From the human T2T-CHM13v2.0 reference genome, Homo sapiens, in assembly GCF_009914755.1 (NCBI RefSeq), contig NC_060926.1: 64,000 nucleotides of DNA; one strand, 5' to 3'. Both the position numbers and the translations under genes were made by a program. The notes under the pieces are model-generated. The model did not search any database and was not told where the DNA came from. It saw only the letters and a list, made by a program, of their open reading frames with translations. Positions 1 through 14,008 of the stretch are shown one piece after another; position 1 is the first letter of the stretch, and each line of letters starts with the position of its first letter.

Positions 1-887
1 ATCCCAGGCCCTGCCAGATGCAAGCTGCACAGACACAGGAGATTGTCAATGTGAATTTCAACTCCACAGGTGCACCCAAAAGTAGGAATTATCTAGTATT
101 TAGTGGAAAGTCAAAAGTTCGGGTAAGTAAAAGCAAACTCAACAAACAAAAGAACTTAATCCATACAAACAAAACAAACAAATATGCTCACAACCATAAG
201 AAAAATAATCATAAGAGAAAATCTACTAGAAATCATAAAAATTTAAATTATGTTTACTAAAAAAAAATATCTCAGATGAAGAGTAGAATAAACACAGCCG
301 AAAGCAAAGAATGAACCGGATGCCTGCGGAATACACGCTGAACATAGCACGAATGATAGAAATATGAAAAGTATGTAAAGAAACATCATAAAAATGAAAA
401 TAAACCACAAATTTCAAGGTCCATCTAAAAGAAGATTGAAGAGGAATGAATAGAAAATAATCCCTAATGAAAGAAATACTGATAAAGCGCTCCATATCTG
501 ACAGTAAGCAAAAAACCAGAAAAGCCTTTCCATGGTAAATCATGCAAAAGTCTTGGATTAAATATAATACAAATAATGTTGAAAAATGCCACCTACTCTT
601 AAAAAAATGAAAGAAAAGTGCTGAAGTCAAAACCAACCAGGGAACTATGAGGACACTGAAGTTGTGGCTGCCCTCAGCTCATGCATCTTCTGTAATGTGG
701 ATGTTGGGTTTGAAAGGGCACATAAAAAGGCTTTCAAGTAGTGCAAAATGGAACTTGGGGACTGTGATTCTAGCATCAGTACAGGTCCTGCAAATGGTTT
801 TGAATGCAGGGAAGGGTGGACTACAGAAATTCTATCTTCTGAAATGAAAAACAAATAAAAAAGCAAATCCATCTCAAAATAGACTGA

Positions 888-1177
<290 letters not shown>

Positions 1178-1634
1178 TCCTCTGAGCTTTTTCAGTCACG
1201 GGCTTGGAGTGCAAATTTACATTCTTACATGATTGATGTGATGCCACCATAATTGAAGATAACTTAATTTTAAGTAATCCTTGCTTAGTAGCAGTCTGGG
1301 GCAACTAGCCAAAGCAACACAATTTTCCTCTGAGTGGAAGCCAGTCTTCACTGAATTTACAACAAGCATATGTAATCTGAAATTTGTCTTTGTGTCGTGT
1401 ATGTGTGTGTGAGTGTGTGTGTTTTGAAGAAAGTCATCATAAATATACATAAGCAGAAACAACTGCCCAAAATTTCACATAATAGAGTTATCAAAACAGA
1501 ACATAAAACAAGTATGAATAGAATAACCAAAGAAATAAAATAAATGCATTTTTAAAATGAGAAAAAAAAATGATGTCTAAACTATCAGCCAAATACCACT
1601 GCACACCAACCAGAATGGCTCAGATGTTACAGAG

Positions 1635-2969
1635 CAGGGCTTCCCCAACCGCCAGGCCATGGACCAGTGCCAGTCCATGGCCTGTTAGGAACTGGGCCGC
1701 ACAGCAGGAGGTGAGCATGGGCAAGTGAGTAAAGCTTCATTTGTAGTTACAGCTGCTCCCCATCACTTGAATTACCATCTGAGCTCCACCTCCTGTCAGA
1801 TCAGCTGCGGCATTTGATTCTCACAGGAGCGTGAACCCTATTGTGAACTAGGCATGTGAGGGATCCAGGTTGTGCACTCCTTTTGAGAATCTAATGCCTG
1901 AAGATCTGAGGTGGAGCTGAGGCAGTGATGCTAGTGCTGGGGAGCAGCTGCAGATACAGATTAACGTTAGCAGAGAGGTTTGACTGCACAGAGACCATAA
2001 TAAATCAATTGCTTACAGACTGATACAAAATCCTATCAGTGAGTGGCAAGTGACAATTAAGCCGCATCTGGTGACAGGCTTTATAGTGGCAAGACTCACT
2101 TGGTGTACTTCAATTGTACAGCTGCATCTAGTGGCCTTAAAAGAATGTTTGGGACAACTTCAAATCTCCATACGTTCTGGATTAAAGTCAAGGTGGAATA
2201 TCCTGAGACTGCCACAAAAGCAGTGAAAAGCCTGCTTCCATTTCCAATATCCTATCTTTATGAAGTGGGGTTTTCTGCAGTGACAGCAGCCAAAATGAGA
2301 TTATGGAGTAAACTGGACATAAGCAACACACTTTGGGTGTCACAGTCTCCCATCACCCCCAGATGGGACTCTCTAGTTGCAGGAAAACAAGCTCAGGGCT
2401 CCCACTGTGATATGGTTTGGCTGTGTCCCCACCCAAATCTCATCTTGAATTGCAGCTCCCATAGTCCCCACATGTCATGGGAGGGAGCCAGTGGGAGGTA
2501 ACTGAATCATGGGGGTAAGTTTTTCCTGTGCTGTTCTTGTGATAGTGAATAAGTCTCACCAGATCTGATGGTTTTATAAAGGACAGTTCCCCTGCACACG
2601 CTTTCTTGCCTGCCGCCATGTAAAGTGTGACTTTGCTTCTCCTTTGCCTTCCACCATGATTGTGAGGCCTCCCCAGCCATGTGGAACTGTAAGTCCATTA
2701 AACCTCTTTTTCTTTATAAATTACCCAGTCTCAGGTATGTCTTTATTAGCAGCATGAGAACAGACTAACACACTGATTCTACATTATGGTGAGTTGTATA
2801 ATTATTTCATTACATATTACAATGAAATAATAATAGAAATAAAGTCCACAGTAAATGTAATGTGCTTGAATCATCCTGAAACCATTCCCTCACCACTCCA
2901 CCACTGGTCTGTGGAAAAACTGTCATCCATGAAATGGGCCCATGATGCCAAAAACATTGGTGACCACTG
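1635..2969 (+). mobile_element. hAT-Charlie DNA transposon (Charlie3/MER1 family), internally deleted, interrupted by THE1B
   Basis: Termini CAGGGCTTCCCCAAC...TTGGTGACCACTG; MER1-type 5' sequence; ORF 2100-2501 encodes hAT C-terminal dimerisation-domain remnant (FWIKVKVEYP...YLYEVGFS...KQAQGSH); degenerate 8-bp TSD TTACAGAG/ATATAGTG. Confidence 0.88.
2408..2770 (+). mobile_element. THE1B solo LTR (ERVL-MaLR)
   Basis: Starts TGATATGGTTTGGCTGTGTCCCCACCCAAATCTC, ends CAGACTAACA; 5-bp TSD CACTG at 2403-2407 and 2771-2775. Confidence 0.93.
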
Positions 2970-2979
2970 ATATAGTGAG

Positions 2980-4350
2980 TAGAAAAATCAAATTTGGTGA
3001 CAATGTGGCATTGTTGGTGGAATATAAATGGGTGCACTTTGGAAGTACATACTAAAGTTCAACATACACCAGTTCTATGATTGAGTATGGCTCTATCTTG
3101 CTCCTACCTATATACCCATAGACAAGTGCAAAATATGCACCAGATGACAAGGTCTAGAGCCACTGCTCATAAAAAGCCCCAATCTGAAACAATCTAAATC
3201 TCCTTTGCCAATACAAGCAAAAAGTAAATTGTGGTATAATCATTCATAAGAATAAGGCAATGAAAAATAATGAAGCATTGCTAATTGCGATGATGCAATC
3301 AATCTTATAAAGATAATATCAAACAAGAAAAGACAAACTCAAAAGAGAAAATACTGTATTCATTTTATTTATTGAAATTGAGAAACAGCCAAAAGTATTT
3401 GTGTTAGAAAGGAGGAGTGTGGTTACCATGGGGCAGAGGCAGGCAACGCCTGGAAGGGACCACAAAGAGTCACCCAGGACACTGTTAATTCACTATCTAT
3501 AAAATCTAATGCTTTGTTTGTTTACTAGATATCAACTTCATTTGTTAAAATGCATGTTGTATTATATTTCAATTTAAAGGCTACCAGGAAGATTTGAAAT
3601 ACAACTAAATATAACCACTTCAAAACAGCAGATTTGATAAAATAAAGAATAAATTAGAAAACATAAAAATAGGTCTGAAGATTTTATCAAGAGTGAAGCA
3701 CAACAAAGTAAGAAAATGAAAAATATGAGAGATTGAGATATAAAGCACATAGAAAAATAACATCTAACATATATCTACGTGGAGTTCTGGCAGAAGAAAA
3801 AATAGAAAATATGGGAGCTACAATATTCAGAAGAATCATTAGATGCCCAAGTCATCAGATTCACGAAAAACAACAAATCTTAATGAAGATACACAATCAT
3901 AAACCTATATCTAGATGTAGTATATAAAGAAACATCCCAATACCAGGGGAAAATAGATGATTGTTAAAGTAATCAGAAAGGAAAAACAGATTAATATGAA
4001 AAGATGACAAACAAATTGGCAAAAGATTTCTCTTAAACAACAGAAGCCAAATGGTAATTAAATAATATCTCAAAGTCCCTAGAGAAGATGACCATAAATA
4101 TAGGATATTGTACCCACTAAAAGTACTAACATGGATAACGAAGCAAATAAAGGCAGTTCCAGATAAACAAAACCCAAAGCAAAATTGTAGGGATGCACTA
4201 GCGGGAAAAGAAGCAAAATTATCCTAGAGATAATACTAGCTGATAAGATGATACTAGGACAAACTCCTGCCAATACTACACAAATTTTTGAAAAATAATT
4301 ACAATTTCTGGAAAGTATAATTTTTTAAAACTGACTGAAGAACATATGAA
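2980..4350 (+). mobile_element. Degenerate old L1 (L1M/L1ME-type) fragments
   Basis: A-rich; L1 3'-end-like phrases (TTGTTGGTGGAATATAAATG, AAATTGTGGTATAATCAT) and ORF1-like stretch ~3650-4150; boundaries approximate. Confidence 0.55.
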
Positions 4351-4360
4351 TAATTAATAA

Positions 4361-4729
<369 letters not shown>

Positions 4730-4953
4730 TGCAATTTCTACTTCCCGGGTTCAAGATACTATCCTGCCTCAGCCTCCTGATTAGGTGGGATTACAATCAC
4801 AGTCCACCACGCCCGGCTAATATTTGTACTTTTAGTAGAGACAGGGTTCCATAATGTTGGTCAGGCTGGTCTCGAATTGCTGACCTCAGATGATCCACCC
4901 ACCTCAGCCTGCCAAAGTGCTGGGATTACAGGCATGAGGTACCACACCCAGCC
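4730..4953 (-). mobile_element. AluS SINE lacking its 3' ~60 nt and tail, abutting the previous Alu
   Basis: Left monomer, linker and partial right monomer; ends ...CACACCCAGCC. Confidence 0.88.
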
Positions 4954-5327
4954 ACAGTGAAAATACTAATAGTGATTTTTTTCACTCTCAAAATTGGTTT
5001 GGATAACACATTTTATTGTTACTTGTCTACAATTACCAAGGCTTTAGTGTCCATTGTTAAGAAACATTTAAAAATATATTACATCAAATATATAAAAGCT
5101 CTTATAAGAAAAAACACATCATAATACACAACTAATGTGAGGTGATGATAAAACACATGCTAGACAAGGTCTGCATGATGAAGGGTAATTATGAGCCAGT
5201 GTGATTTTTGAATAGGAATACATATTGCTAAACAAAATATAACAAACAGGATTCAGCAAGTTATTGTAAAAAATGACTAAATTGTTGGATTCATCTAAAG
5301 ATGCAAAGAAACTTTAATAGGTATATA

Positions 5328-5615
5328 TAGTCACGTGCCACATAATCATGTTTGGATCAGCAATGAACCATGTACGCAATGGTGATCACATAAGTTTATA
5401 ATCCCATATTTTTACTGTACCTTTTCTATGTTTAGATATGTTGAGATACACAAATGTTTACTATTATGTTACCATTGCCTACAGTACTCAGTACAGTAAC
5501 CCGCTGTACCATCTAAGTTGGTATAAAGTACACTCCGTGAAGTTCAAACAATGATGGAATCGCCTAGTGACATATTTGTCAGAATATGTCTCTGTCGTTA
5601 AGCAACGCATGACTG
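5328..5615 (+). mobile_element. Tigger3a (MER7A) MITE, TcMar-Tigger
   Basis: TIRs TAGTCACGTGCCACATAA / TTAAGCAACGCATGACTG, flanking TA dinucleotides, characteristic TTTTTACTGTACCTTTTCTATGTTTAGATATG core. Confidence 0.88.
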
Positions 5616-5697
5616 TATTTGATATTTTTTAAATGATAGTTTGAATAAATGTAGAAAATGCATTAGGTAAAATTTAAAACAAAGTAATGGTTAAAAG

Positions 5698-6692
5698 TGA
5701 GGCAGGATTTTTCTCGGAGCCGCATCGCCAGCCGGAGACCTCCACGGCCAGCGACACCACCCACTGGATCTCATTCATCCTGGGCTCCCTGCAGAAGGCA
5801 CCCTGCCCACTCAGCCTGGTGGGCTTCACTTGGCTTGCAGTCCCCCCTAGATCCCATGCTAGCCGAAGGATCTGCGTTCAGCCTGAATCTGGGCAGGACG
5901 TGCCACAACCTGTTTCTGCCTTGGGCGCCAGCACCTGGCTGAAGGGAACGCAGTGCCAAAACAGGGATGCCAGTGACCCCGAAGCCTCAGAAGGGATGTT
6001 ACAGCGTCCTAACAGCTCTTTTAGTCCTGTTGTCTCACCCTGGCTGTCCGCCCTGATGCTGCTTCCTGTCACATGTGGCTGCCCTCTGCTGGCATAAGAC
6101 AGAGGGCTACATACAGTTTTACAGCCTTTTTCCATACCTGTGTTCAGCGGGTCCTGAGTTCTTGTCCTGCATCCAAGAAGAATGAGGTTATGCTGGCAAC
6201 CCAAGGGTGAGGAGAGTTTTACTGAGTGACAGCTCTCAGCAGAGAAGGCACCCAAGAGGGAACCCCTTCTCTGAAGTCGAGTGGTCTCTTCCCACCAGAA
6301 GAGACCACTCCCCTCTCCGCCCAAAGGCAGCCAGTCTCTCTCTAGTGTGGCTGAATCTGGGGCTTTATATGAGCTCAGAACGGAGGCGTGCATGCTGATT
6401 GGTTTGTGAGTATGCAAAAAAAGGCTAAAACAAAGGCACCACTCAAAGATGGGCATGACAGTGTAAAAAACCAACTAGGGAAGGGTAGGTATATGTAAAC
6501 TAGGGGAAGGGTGGGGATCAATCAGAGGAAAGCATGCCTAACAAGAAGAGAGGTTCTCAATCGGGTTCGTGGATTTATCCGAGACTTTTTAGCTTTGCTT
6601 TCAGGTTTTAATCTGTCTTTGGTTTGAAGGTGGGATTTTAACGGGGACCCACCTCTGTCTGCCTAGTATTTGTCTGCCTTTTGCCGCTATCA
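5698..6692 (-). mobile_element. ERV1 solo LTR, LTR28-like (LTR1/27/28/MER52 group)
   Basis: TG...CA termini, 4-bp TSD AAAG (5694-5697, 6693-6696); minus-strand start TGATAGCGGCAAAAGGCAGACAAATACTAGGCAG typical of this group; GC-rich block in AT-rich flank. Confidence 0.8.
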
Positions 6693-7064
6693 AAAGCAAA
6701 CAACTTTCAGCAAATTAGGCATGTGAGGACCATCTTTAATTGTAGAAAGTATATCTATAATATACTTATAATTCTAGCATTGTTTTATATACAACTTTTT
6801 TTAGTAGTTCTAGCTGTGCTGTGAGATATCCTGTTAGCTAGCTAGGCAGCTAGTTAGTACGTGTGTATGTATATAGTAAACATAATATGACATATAGATT
6901 ATATATTACATACATAGTATTATGTATTATAAAACATAATTATATATAGAATTAGCTATATATGAAAAAGAAATAAAAATAAAATAATTACAAGATCATA
7001 AGTTAATTTACATGTAAAACAAGAGAATTTACATACAAATTATTAGAATTATTATTTTTTGGAA

Positions 7065-7440
7065 GTTCAGAAAGACTCAAGTCAGCAAAATGGCAGAGGA
7101 GTCAGCTTCAAACTCCTGTTCCTCCAAAGAAGCACCAGAAAATAAGCAGAAACTGCATGAACCAACTGTGTCAGAACTCTGGACAACAAGGAAGGTTTAC
7201 AGAAGCAAGTGAAGGCTGTAGGACAGCATTGTGGTGTATTACCCACCTTTGTCCCACCCTCCCCACTGCTAGGTGCTGACCTTGAAGACTAAAACCAACA
7301 TTCTCAGTGTAGGCCTAGGACCTTGCTTCCAGAGTGAGCAGAGTGGAGCTTATTCTCATCTGCTGTTTGTGTGCTCTCACCTGTCTGGGGGCTACCTGAG
7401 GACTAACAGGAGGAGCTTGTTTCTGTTTCACTCAGGATAA
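7065..7440 (+). mobile_element. Old L1 (L1MC/MD-type) 5'UTR fragment
   Basis: CAAAATGGCAGAG...CAGAACTCTGGA motif resembling L1M 5' ends; similar in style to 17810 and 61670 regions. Confidence 0.5.
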
Positions 7441-8241
7441 CTTTAAATTCCATAACTCCTGACACTTCTTGGAATGGAAGAATTAACTTTCTCACGTGCA
7501 ACTTAATCAGTGGCCGTCATCTCTAAAGCCAGGAATAGGCTGAAGCCTATGGCAGGGCGGGAGGACCCTCAGTCTCAGATATGCTTATAAGAGATTAGTT
7601 TTGTTTAAAATAAATGAAACAAGACATTGCATTTTCATTCTAGAAACAGCCATTGATATTCATATTTGATTCAGGCTTGTTATGAATAGCCAGAGCTTTG
7701 CTTTTCCCATCCTGAGCAGCAGTGCCCTTACTGCAGATCCAAAAAGAGACTCTATCAATATATTCCCATCAATACTCAAAGGAGTCACTTCAGCCCTTGT
7801 GGTGGCAACAATTAGCTGAGAATAACGAGGAGGAAATTTACAGAATAAGACTCCACGCACTGCCACTCTCCAGAGAGGGTGAAGTGTACGCCGGAGAACT
7901 CTACACATAACCAGGTTTTGTGTCCATTTTTACTTTTCCATCACTAGGGAACATCTCTCCGAGTGTCTGATTTTTTACTGTGTTTCTCTTTAAGCACTGC
8001 ACAAATGTTGCTGCTGCTTTTCTGTGTATCCTGCTTACTCTTGCTCCATATAATGTGATAAAGAGCTTAAATTTAATATAATGACATATCTGTGTTTAAA
8101 GTTACTTTACTACATGTTTTCTGTATTTGTTCTATATGTTCTATAATCCCTTTTCATTCTTATCTTCCTTTGAGTCAATCAAGAAATATTTTAATCATTC
8201 AATTTACCTATTAGCTTATTATAAATTATTTTATTCTTTTC

Positions 8242-8551
8242 TTCCTTTTTCTTTTTTTTAAAACTTTACTTTAAGTTCCGGGATACATGTGCAGAGTGTG
8301 CAGGTTTGTCATAGGTATACATGTGCCATGGTGGTTTGCTGCACCCATCAACCCATCATCTAGGTTTTAAGTCCTGCATGCATTAGGTATTTGTCCTAAC
8401 GCTCTCCCTCCCCTTGCTCCCAACCCCCAACAGGCAATGGTGTGTGTTGTTCCCCTCTCTGTGTCCATGTGTTCTCATTGTTCAGCTCCCACTTATGAGT
8501 GAGAATATGCAGTGTTTGGTTTTCTGTTCCTGTGTTAGTCTGCTGAGAATG
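8242..8551 (-). mobile_element. L1PA7/8 3'-end fragment
   Basis: TAGGTTTTAAGTCCTGCATGCATTAGG 3'UTR motif; 17-bp TSD ATTATTTTATTCTTTTC at 8225-8241 and 8552-8568. Confidence 0.88.
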
Positions 8552-9665
8552 ATTATTTTATTCTTTTCAATGGTTACATGCTTCTTTGACATATTAAAGC
8601 ATAATATGAGTTCTTTGTACATGTTTTAGACAATGCAAATACTTTAAAACAATGTAACTCTTAAATCCCCTTCACACAAATGTGACATTATTATTTTTAT
8701 GTATTTTAATTTTCCATTGACATTAAAGCCTATGAGACTGATTTTTTTTATAGTCCATATAAATTTAGATTTACCTTTCCCATATACACTGTTCCAGGAC
8801 TATTTATTCACTTCTGTGTTTCCATACTTCCATCTAAAGTTATCTTTCCTCTGCTCAAATAAATCCCTCTAGAATTTATTTTAATGAAGATCTCTGAGTT
8901 GTGAAATTGTTGCTTTTGTTTGTCTAAAGATGCACTTAGTTTACTTTCATTTTTGGAGGATTTTTTAAATATAAAATTATATGTTGGCATTTATTTTATA
9001 GTAATACTTTTTAAATGGTGTTCCATGTCTCTGGATTCAATAATTTCTACTGAGAAGACTGTGGTTCTTTGGAAGTAATATTTTATTTTATCTATCTCAT
9101 TTAAAATTATCTCATTGACTTTGGTATGTGGCAGTTTTACTCTGATGTGCCTAGTTATATATCTAGTTGCATATTTCTCCTTGGGGCTTGTAAATCTTCC
9201 TGAACCTGTGATTTGATATTTTTAATTGGTTTTGGCAAGTTACTTGCCAGTATCTCCTCAAATACTGCTGTGCCCTAGTCTTACTCCCCTCTTCTCTTAG
9301 GACTTTAGTCACACATATAAAGTCATTTTCACTCTTTCTCATGTGTCATTTATGTTATTTTGTGTTTTTAATTTTTTCTCTCTATGCTTCAATTCAGATA
9401 TGTCTATGGACTATTTTATAGTTTTCATAACCTTTTCGTTTTTTTTAATTTGCTGTTAAATCACATATTGGACTTTTAATTTTATATATTTTTCATTTCT
9501 ATAATTCCTGCTTGTCTTATTTTTGGATTCCAAGTTTCTGTAAAAATTGTCCTACTTGTCACTTATTTTGTTGAAAATATTACTATTTTAAAGTCTGTTT
9601 CTGATAACTTTGATGACTAAGGATCCATATGGGCCCATTTTTATGGTCTTTTTCCCTTCCTTTTT

Positions 9666-9999
<334 letters not shown>

Positions 10000-11299
10000 T
10001 AGTCCAGACTCTTGGTATACCTAGTAGTTTGAATTGAATGCCACACAGTTTTGTATTAGAATTTACACAGATAACTTTAAGCTCTGTCTGATTCTATCTT
10101 CTTCCAAGTAAGCATTTATTTTGAGTAGACAGTCTTACCCTGGTTTGAGCTCAGTTTTCTGAGAGTGGATTTACATCCTTACTCCTCCTATGAAGTTCAT
10201 TCTTACTCCAACTAGTGGAAGTTGCAGTGTTTACCAAGCTCTTTTGGCAAGTTCAGAATTTCCCTCTGTCTTCTCAGCCAGGTGCAACTGCTATTTCTGC
10301 TCAACTCCCTATTCTCTTATTTACTGCTTTCCTCTTGCCTTCTGAACCCCTGTGCCTAAAGAGGAACAAATATCTTAGGAAGAAGGGTGAGACAGTTGGC
10401 TGTGAATACCTAAAGCACTTCCTCCTCTCTGCCATCTTGGTCTATCCTCACCTGACTGCCTTGTAGTCTAGGAGTTCAGGTTCAATTTCCCTATCCCCAT
10501 GAGGCTGCAGAAGGCTCTGCTTGGTTTCCCAAGTTTTAGTTATTGCTTCCTGCTTGGCTTCTGAGCCTCCAAGCTCCACGCCACTTATGAACTGTCAAAT
10601 GCCTCTATGGAGAAATCCTGGTGGAATATTGGCCGCATCTTAATATGCTTTCCTTTCTCTCAGATTCTGATCTTTTACGCTCTGGCTGGTTTAGTAGTCC
10701 TCTAACACCTTCAAAAAGATTTGGTTTTATATTTTGTTTCCACTTTGTAGTTGTTGTCAGTGGGAGCATCAGTCTATTAAAAGCAGGTTGCCCTTACTGA
10801 AGATGGGAAATCCAAAGGTCACTTATAGACGCTTGCTTTTATAATCAATATTCTGATACTAGTTGGATTCACTGAAAATATTCTCTGAAAAGTCAGTTAC
10901 CTGCCTTACTTAATATTTGGGAAAGACAAAAATACCTTTCTCCATCTCTTTCTCTTTGTTCTATTCCGTTCATCTCCTTGTCCATTTGCCCAAATGATCA
11001 TTCCTCTGCCTTCTAGTATCTTCAGTCTGTGATGAAACAGAGGGTTATAATTTACACTTTCCTACAGGAAGAACCATTATGTCTTTGGGATCTGGACTGG
11101 AAGTTAAACACTCAACTTAAAGAAACACGATGTTATTACACCATTAATTCTTCCTTCATGACTGTAAAAGTTTAGCATAGGTGTTTAGTCATTGTACTTC
11201 TAGTAGCATAAAGAGGACAGCTGTATACTCCCTAACCTTAAACCTGCCTAACTTAGTTACAGCAATGGATTCTCCGGGACTCCAACTAGATTCACTCTA

Positions 11300-11662
11300 C
11301 AAAGCTAAATATGCATATTCCAGCTGGCCACACTATTGGATGCTGACAGTACAAAGCTGAATCTATTTCTGGGCATTGCCATCGGCTGTAGGAACTTCCA
11401 AGTTCAAGATTACACCTCCATAAAAGAAGCTGATACAGGGAAACAAAGGCCTTGTTCCTGTGAAGGGCTGTCTCAGCTCAAGAGTGTATCATGGATTGAC
11501 TGGGGCCTCAGTTGAGACCACATTGCAGGTCAGCTTTCCCCTCCACCAAATTCTGACTTTTCATTTCTTTACAGGTTTTTCTTCTGTGATCACACTCCAA
11601 AAAGCCTTTTGCATGTCACTTCCCATCTTAGAGTTTACTTTCAGGGAACTTAATCAAAGGCA
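11300..11662 (+). mobile_element. Old ERVL LTR fragment (LTR16-like)
   Basis: GGGGCCTCAGTTGAGACCACATTGCAG...CATCTTAGAGTTTACTTTCAGGGAAC resembles LTR16 3' half. Confidence 0.5.
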
Positions 11663-12809
11663 TTCACCTAATGTTTGCTGTAATTGTCCATTTCATTTCC
11701 TAGTGCCCACACTAGCTTAGCGTCCCTTGCTGTAATGTTAAATTCAACCTTAGGCAGATGGCATGCAGCTGCAGGGGCAATTTGGGTCAAAGCAGGAAAA
11801 AAAGTTGGTGAGAAAATAATGACATGCCCACCTAAGCTAATTTTTAATCAGTTCAGCTCTGGAGTTTACAAGATAAACACAGTAGAGTGAACAACAGGGA
11901 TTAATGGAAGCTAAATGTCTATTTACCAGCTTTGATAATGAGCCTATTATAAAAACAGGCACACAAGAGCATGTGGACTGAACAGATAGGTGTTGAGGAT
12001 AGACTGGTGAAAGTTTCTGTCTTGCTATTTCTAATGATTTCTAGGCTCGAAAGAGAACTAATTATACTTGGCTTGATTTACTCTTACCTTCTGCAGCTCA
12101 CAAAGTCAGGGTACACCACTGGAGAAAAATACAGAACAAGATTTTACTTCAGAGGAAATTTAAAATTAGGAAGTAACCAAAATATGAATAATTAACAAGT
12201 TGACTAAAGATAGCTGTAACTCTCAGTTATTTTGGCATGTGTTATAATTCTGACAAAGAGTAATTGGTTTCCATTGATTCTGTGAAGTAATTTGAACAAA
12301 AGGAGAGTTAAATTCATTGCAAACTCCTTTGTGGAAATCTGTGGACATAACGATGGATGGTTGATTTAGGAAGCAGTCAATATTTCCATAGATACAGGAT
12401 TTACCTTAAGCAGCTTGTAAAATTCCCTCTGTTGCTAAATCCCAAGTGGCCTGTAATACACAATCTGCTCCATTTTATTTCAGTGTTTCCTTGTTTTTTA
12501 AAAAAATCTTGCATTCAGTACAAACAATATGAAATCTGTATTCTGATTCAAGCTTAGATTATGTTACCTCGAAGCCCCAACACATTCAATCTGTTTCTGA
12601 AAGCTATATTATACAGTCTTCAGCATTAGTAATAAAATATAACTTATCAAGAAAACCAGCATGCTATCAAATAAAACCCTCAGAGATTAAAATTCAAAGA
12701 GAAAACAGTAAAATTGGAAGGTAGTAAAGGTGAGCAGTTTAAGAACTCTTACCATGGAGAGCGGTGAGAATCATGCAGGTTTATTTGAATCATCTCCATC
12801 TTTCTCTAG

Positions 12810-12897
12810 AATTAAGGTCCATGGAAATAAGGAGTATCTGTCTACCACTTAGAACAGCACATAGTAAGAACTCAATAAATATTGAATAGATTAATAA
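12810..12897 (+). mobile_element. L2 3'-end fragment
   Basis: AGCACATAGTAAGAACTCAATAAATATTGAAT typical L2 terminus. Confidence 0.6.
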
Positions 12898-13139
12898 AAA
12901 AGAAAGACTGGATGAAAGCTATGTAACTAATTTTTCCAAGCAATTAAAGAGAAAAGATGCATCAGATTTATTTTTAAAAAGAAGAAAATAAAACCTAAAA
13001 ATTTTCATATGAAGAGCATAAAGCTCTTAAATGTTCAATTTTCTGTCCATGGCAGTGAAGGCCACTGCAGGAAAAAAGTTGTAAGGATTCTGACACCTGG
13101 TAAAGCTCATGATAGTGTTGATAGCAAAAAATTATCTGT

Positions 13140-13451
13140 GGCCAAGCACGGTGGCTCACGCCTGTAATCTCAGCACTTTGGGACACCAAGGCTGGCGGAT
13201 TGCTTGAGGCCAGGAGTTCAAGACCAGCCTGGCCAATATGGCGAAACCCCATCTCTACTAAAGACACAAAAATTAGCCAGGCATGGTGTCTCATGCCTGT
13301 AATCCCATATTCTTGGGAGGCTGAGGCACGAGAATTGCTTGAACCTGGGAAGCAGATGTTACAGAGAGCCAAGATTGCACCACTGCACTTCAGTCTGGGC
13401 ACCTGGGTGACAGAGCAAGACTCTGTCTCAAAAGATAAAAAAAAAAAAAAA
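13140..13451 (+). mobile_element. Alu (old S/J) SINE
   Basis: Full dimer with A-tail; TSD ATTATCTGT on both sides. Confidence 0.93.
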
Positions 13452-13957
13452 GATTATCTGTAAAACATACTCTCATAATCCTGGCTTAAGAGGGTAGAAT
13501 AAAGATATCTTCTTAGAAATGAACTTGAGGGAAGAAAAAAACACAATTAAAGATAATATCAAAAGAAAATAGAAAATACCTATATCCACAATATACAATT
13601 TATGAAGAAAACATGCTAAATACTATAAATATTGATCCAGGATGGTAAAGGCTATCTAGTGAATATATTGATCTCTTCAGGTTTATGAAAGAGTCAGAAG
13701 TCTTCAAAATAGATTTTATAACCCAAGGAACCACATGATAATTCCTTATTTCAATTGAAACAAAAAGATAAGGTTATCCAACAATCTAGAAAGGTAGCCT
13801 TGAAGCCTGCTGGACATTCGTGGAATGGTAAATAATATGGTGCTAGACAAAAAGGTACCAGAGATTTAAAGAGAAATTCACATTTTGCATGGAATGATGA
13901 AGTGAAAATTGTGAATGCTAAAAGGCTCTGCAGCTATTGGAGGTATAAGTAAAATTA

Positions 13958-14008
13958 TACACACACACACATACACACAATCACACAGGCACACAATCAC
14001 ACAATCAC
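13958..14008. repeat. Imperfect (CA)n microsatellite
   Basis: ACACACACACACATACACACAATCACACAGGCACACAATCACACAATCAC. Confidence 0.7.

Noticed and set aside
5687-6474. Longest ORFs (136 aa +, 198 aa -) in a GC-rich block
   Set aside because: Lie wholly within the LTR28-like solo LTR; no domain similarity; long ORFs are expected in GC-rich sequence
7440-8000. Unique block with short ORFs and an acceptor-like TTTTCATTCTAG
   Set aside because: No recognisable product or paired strong donor; insufficient evidence
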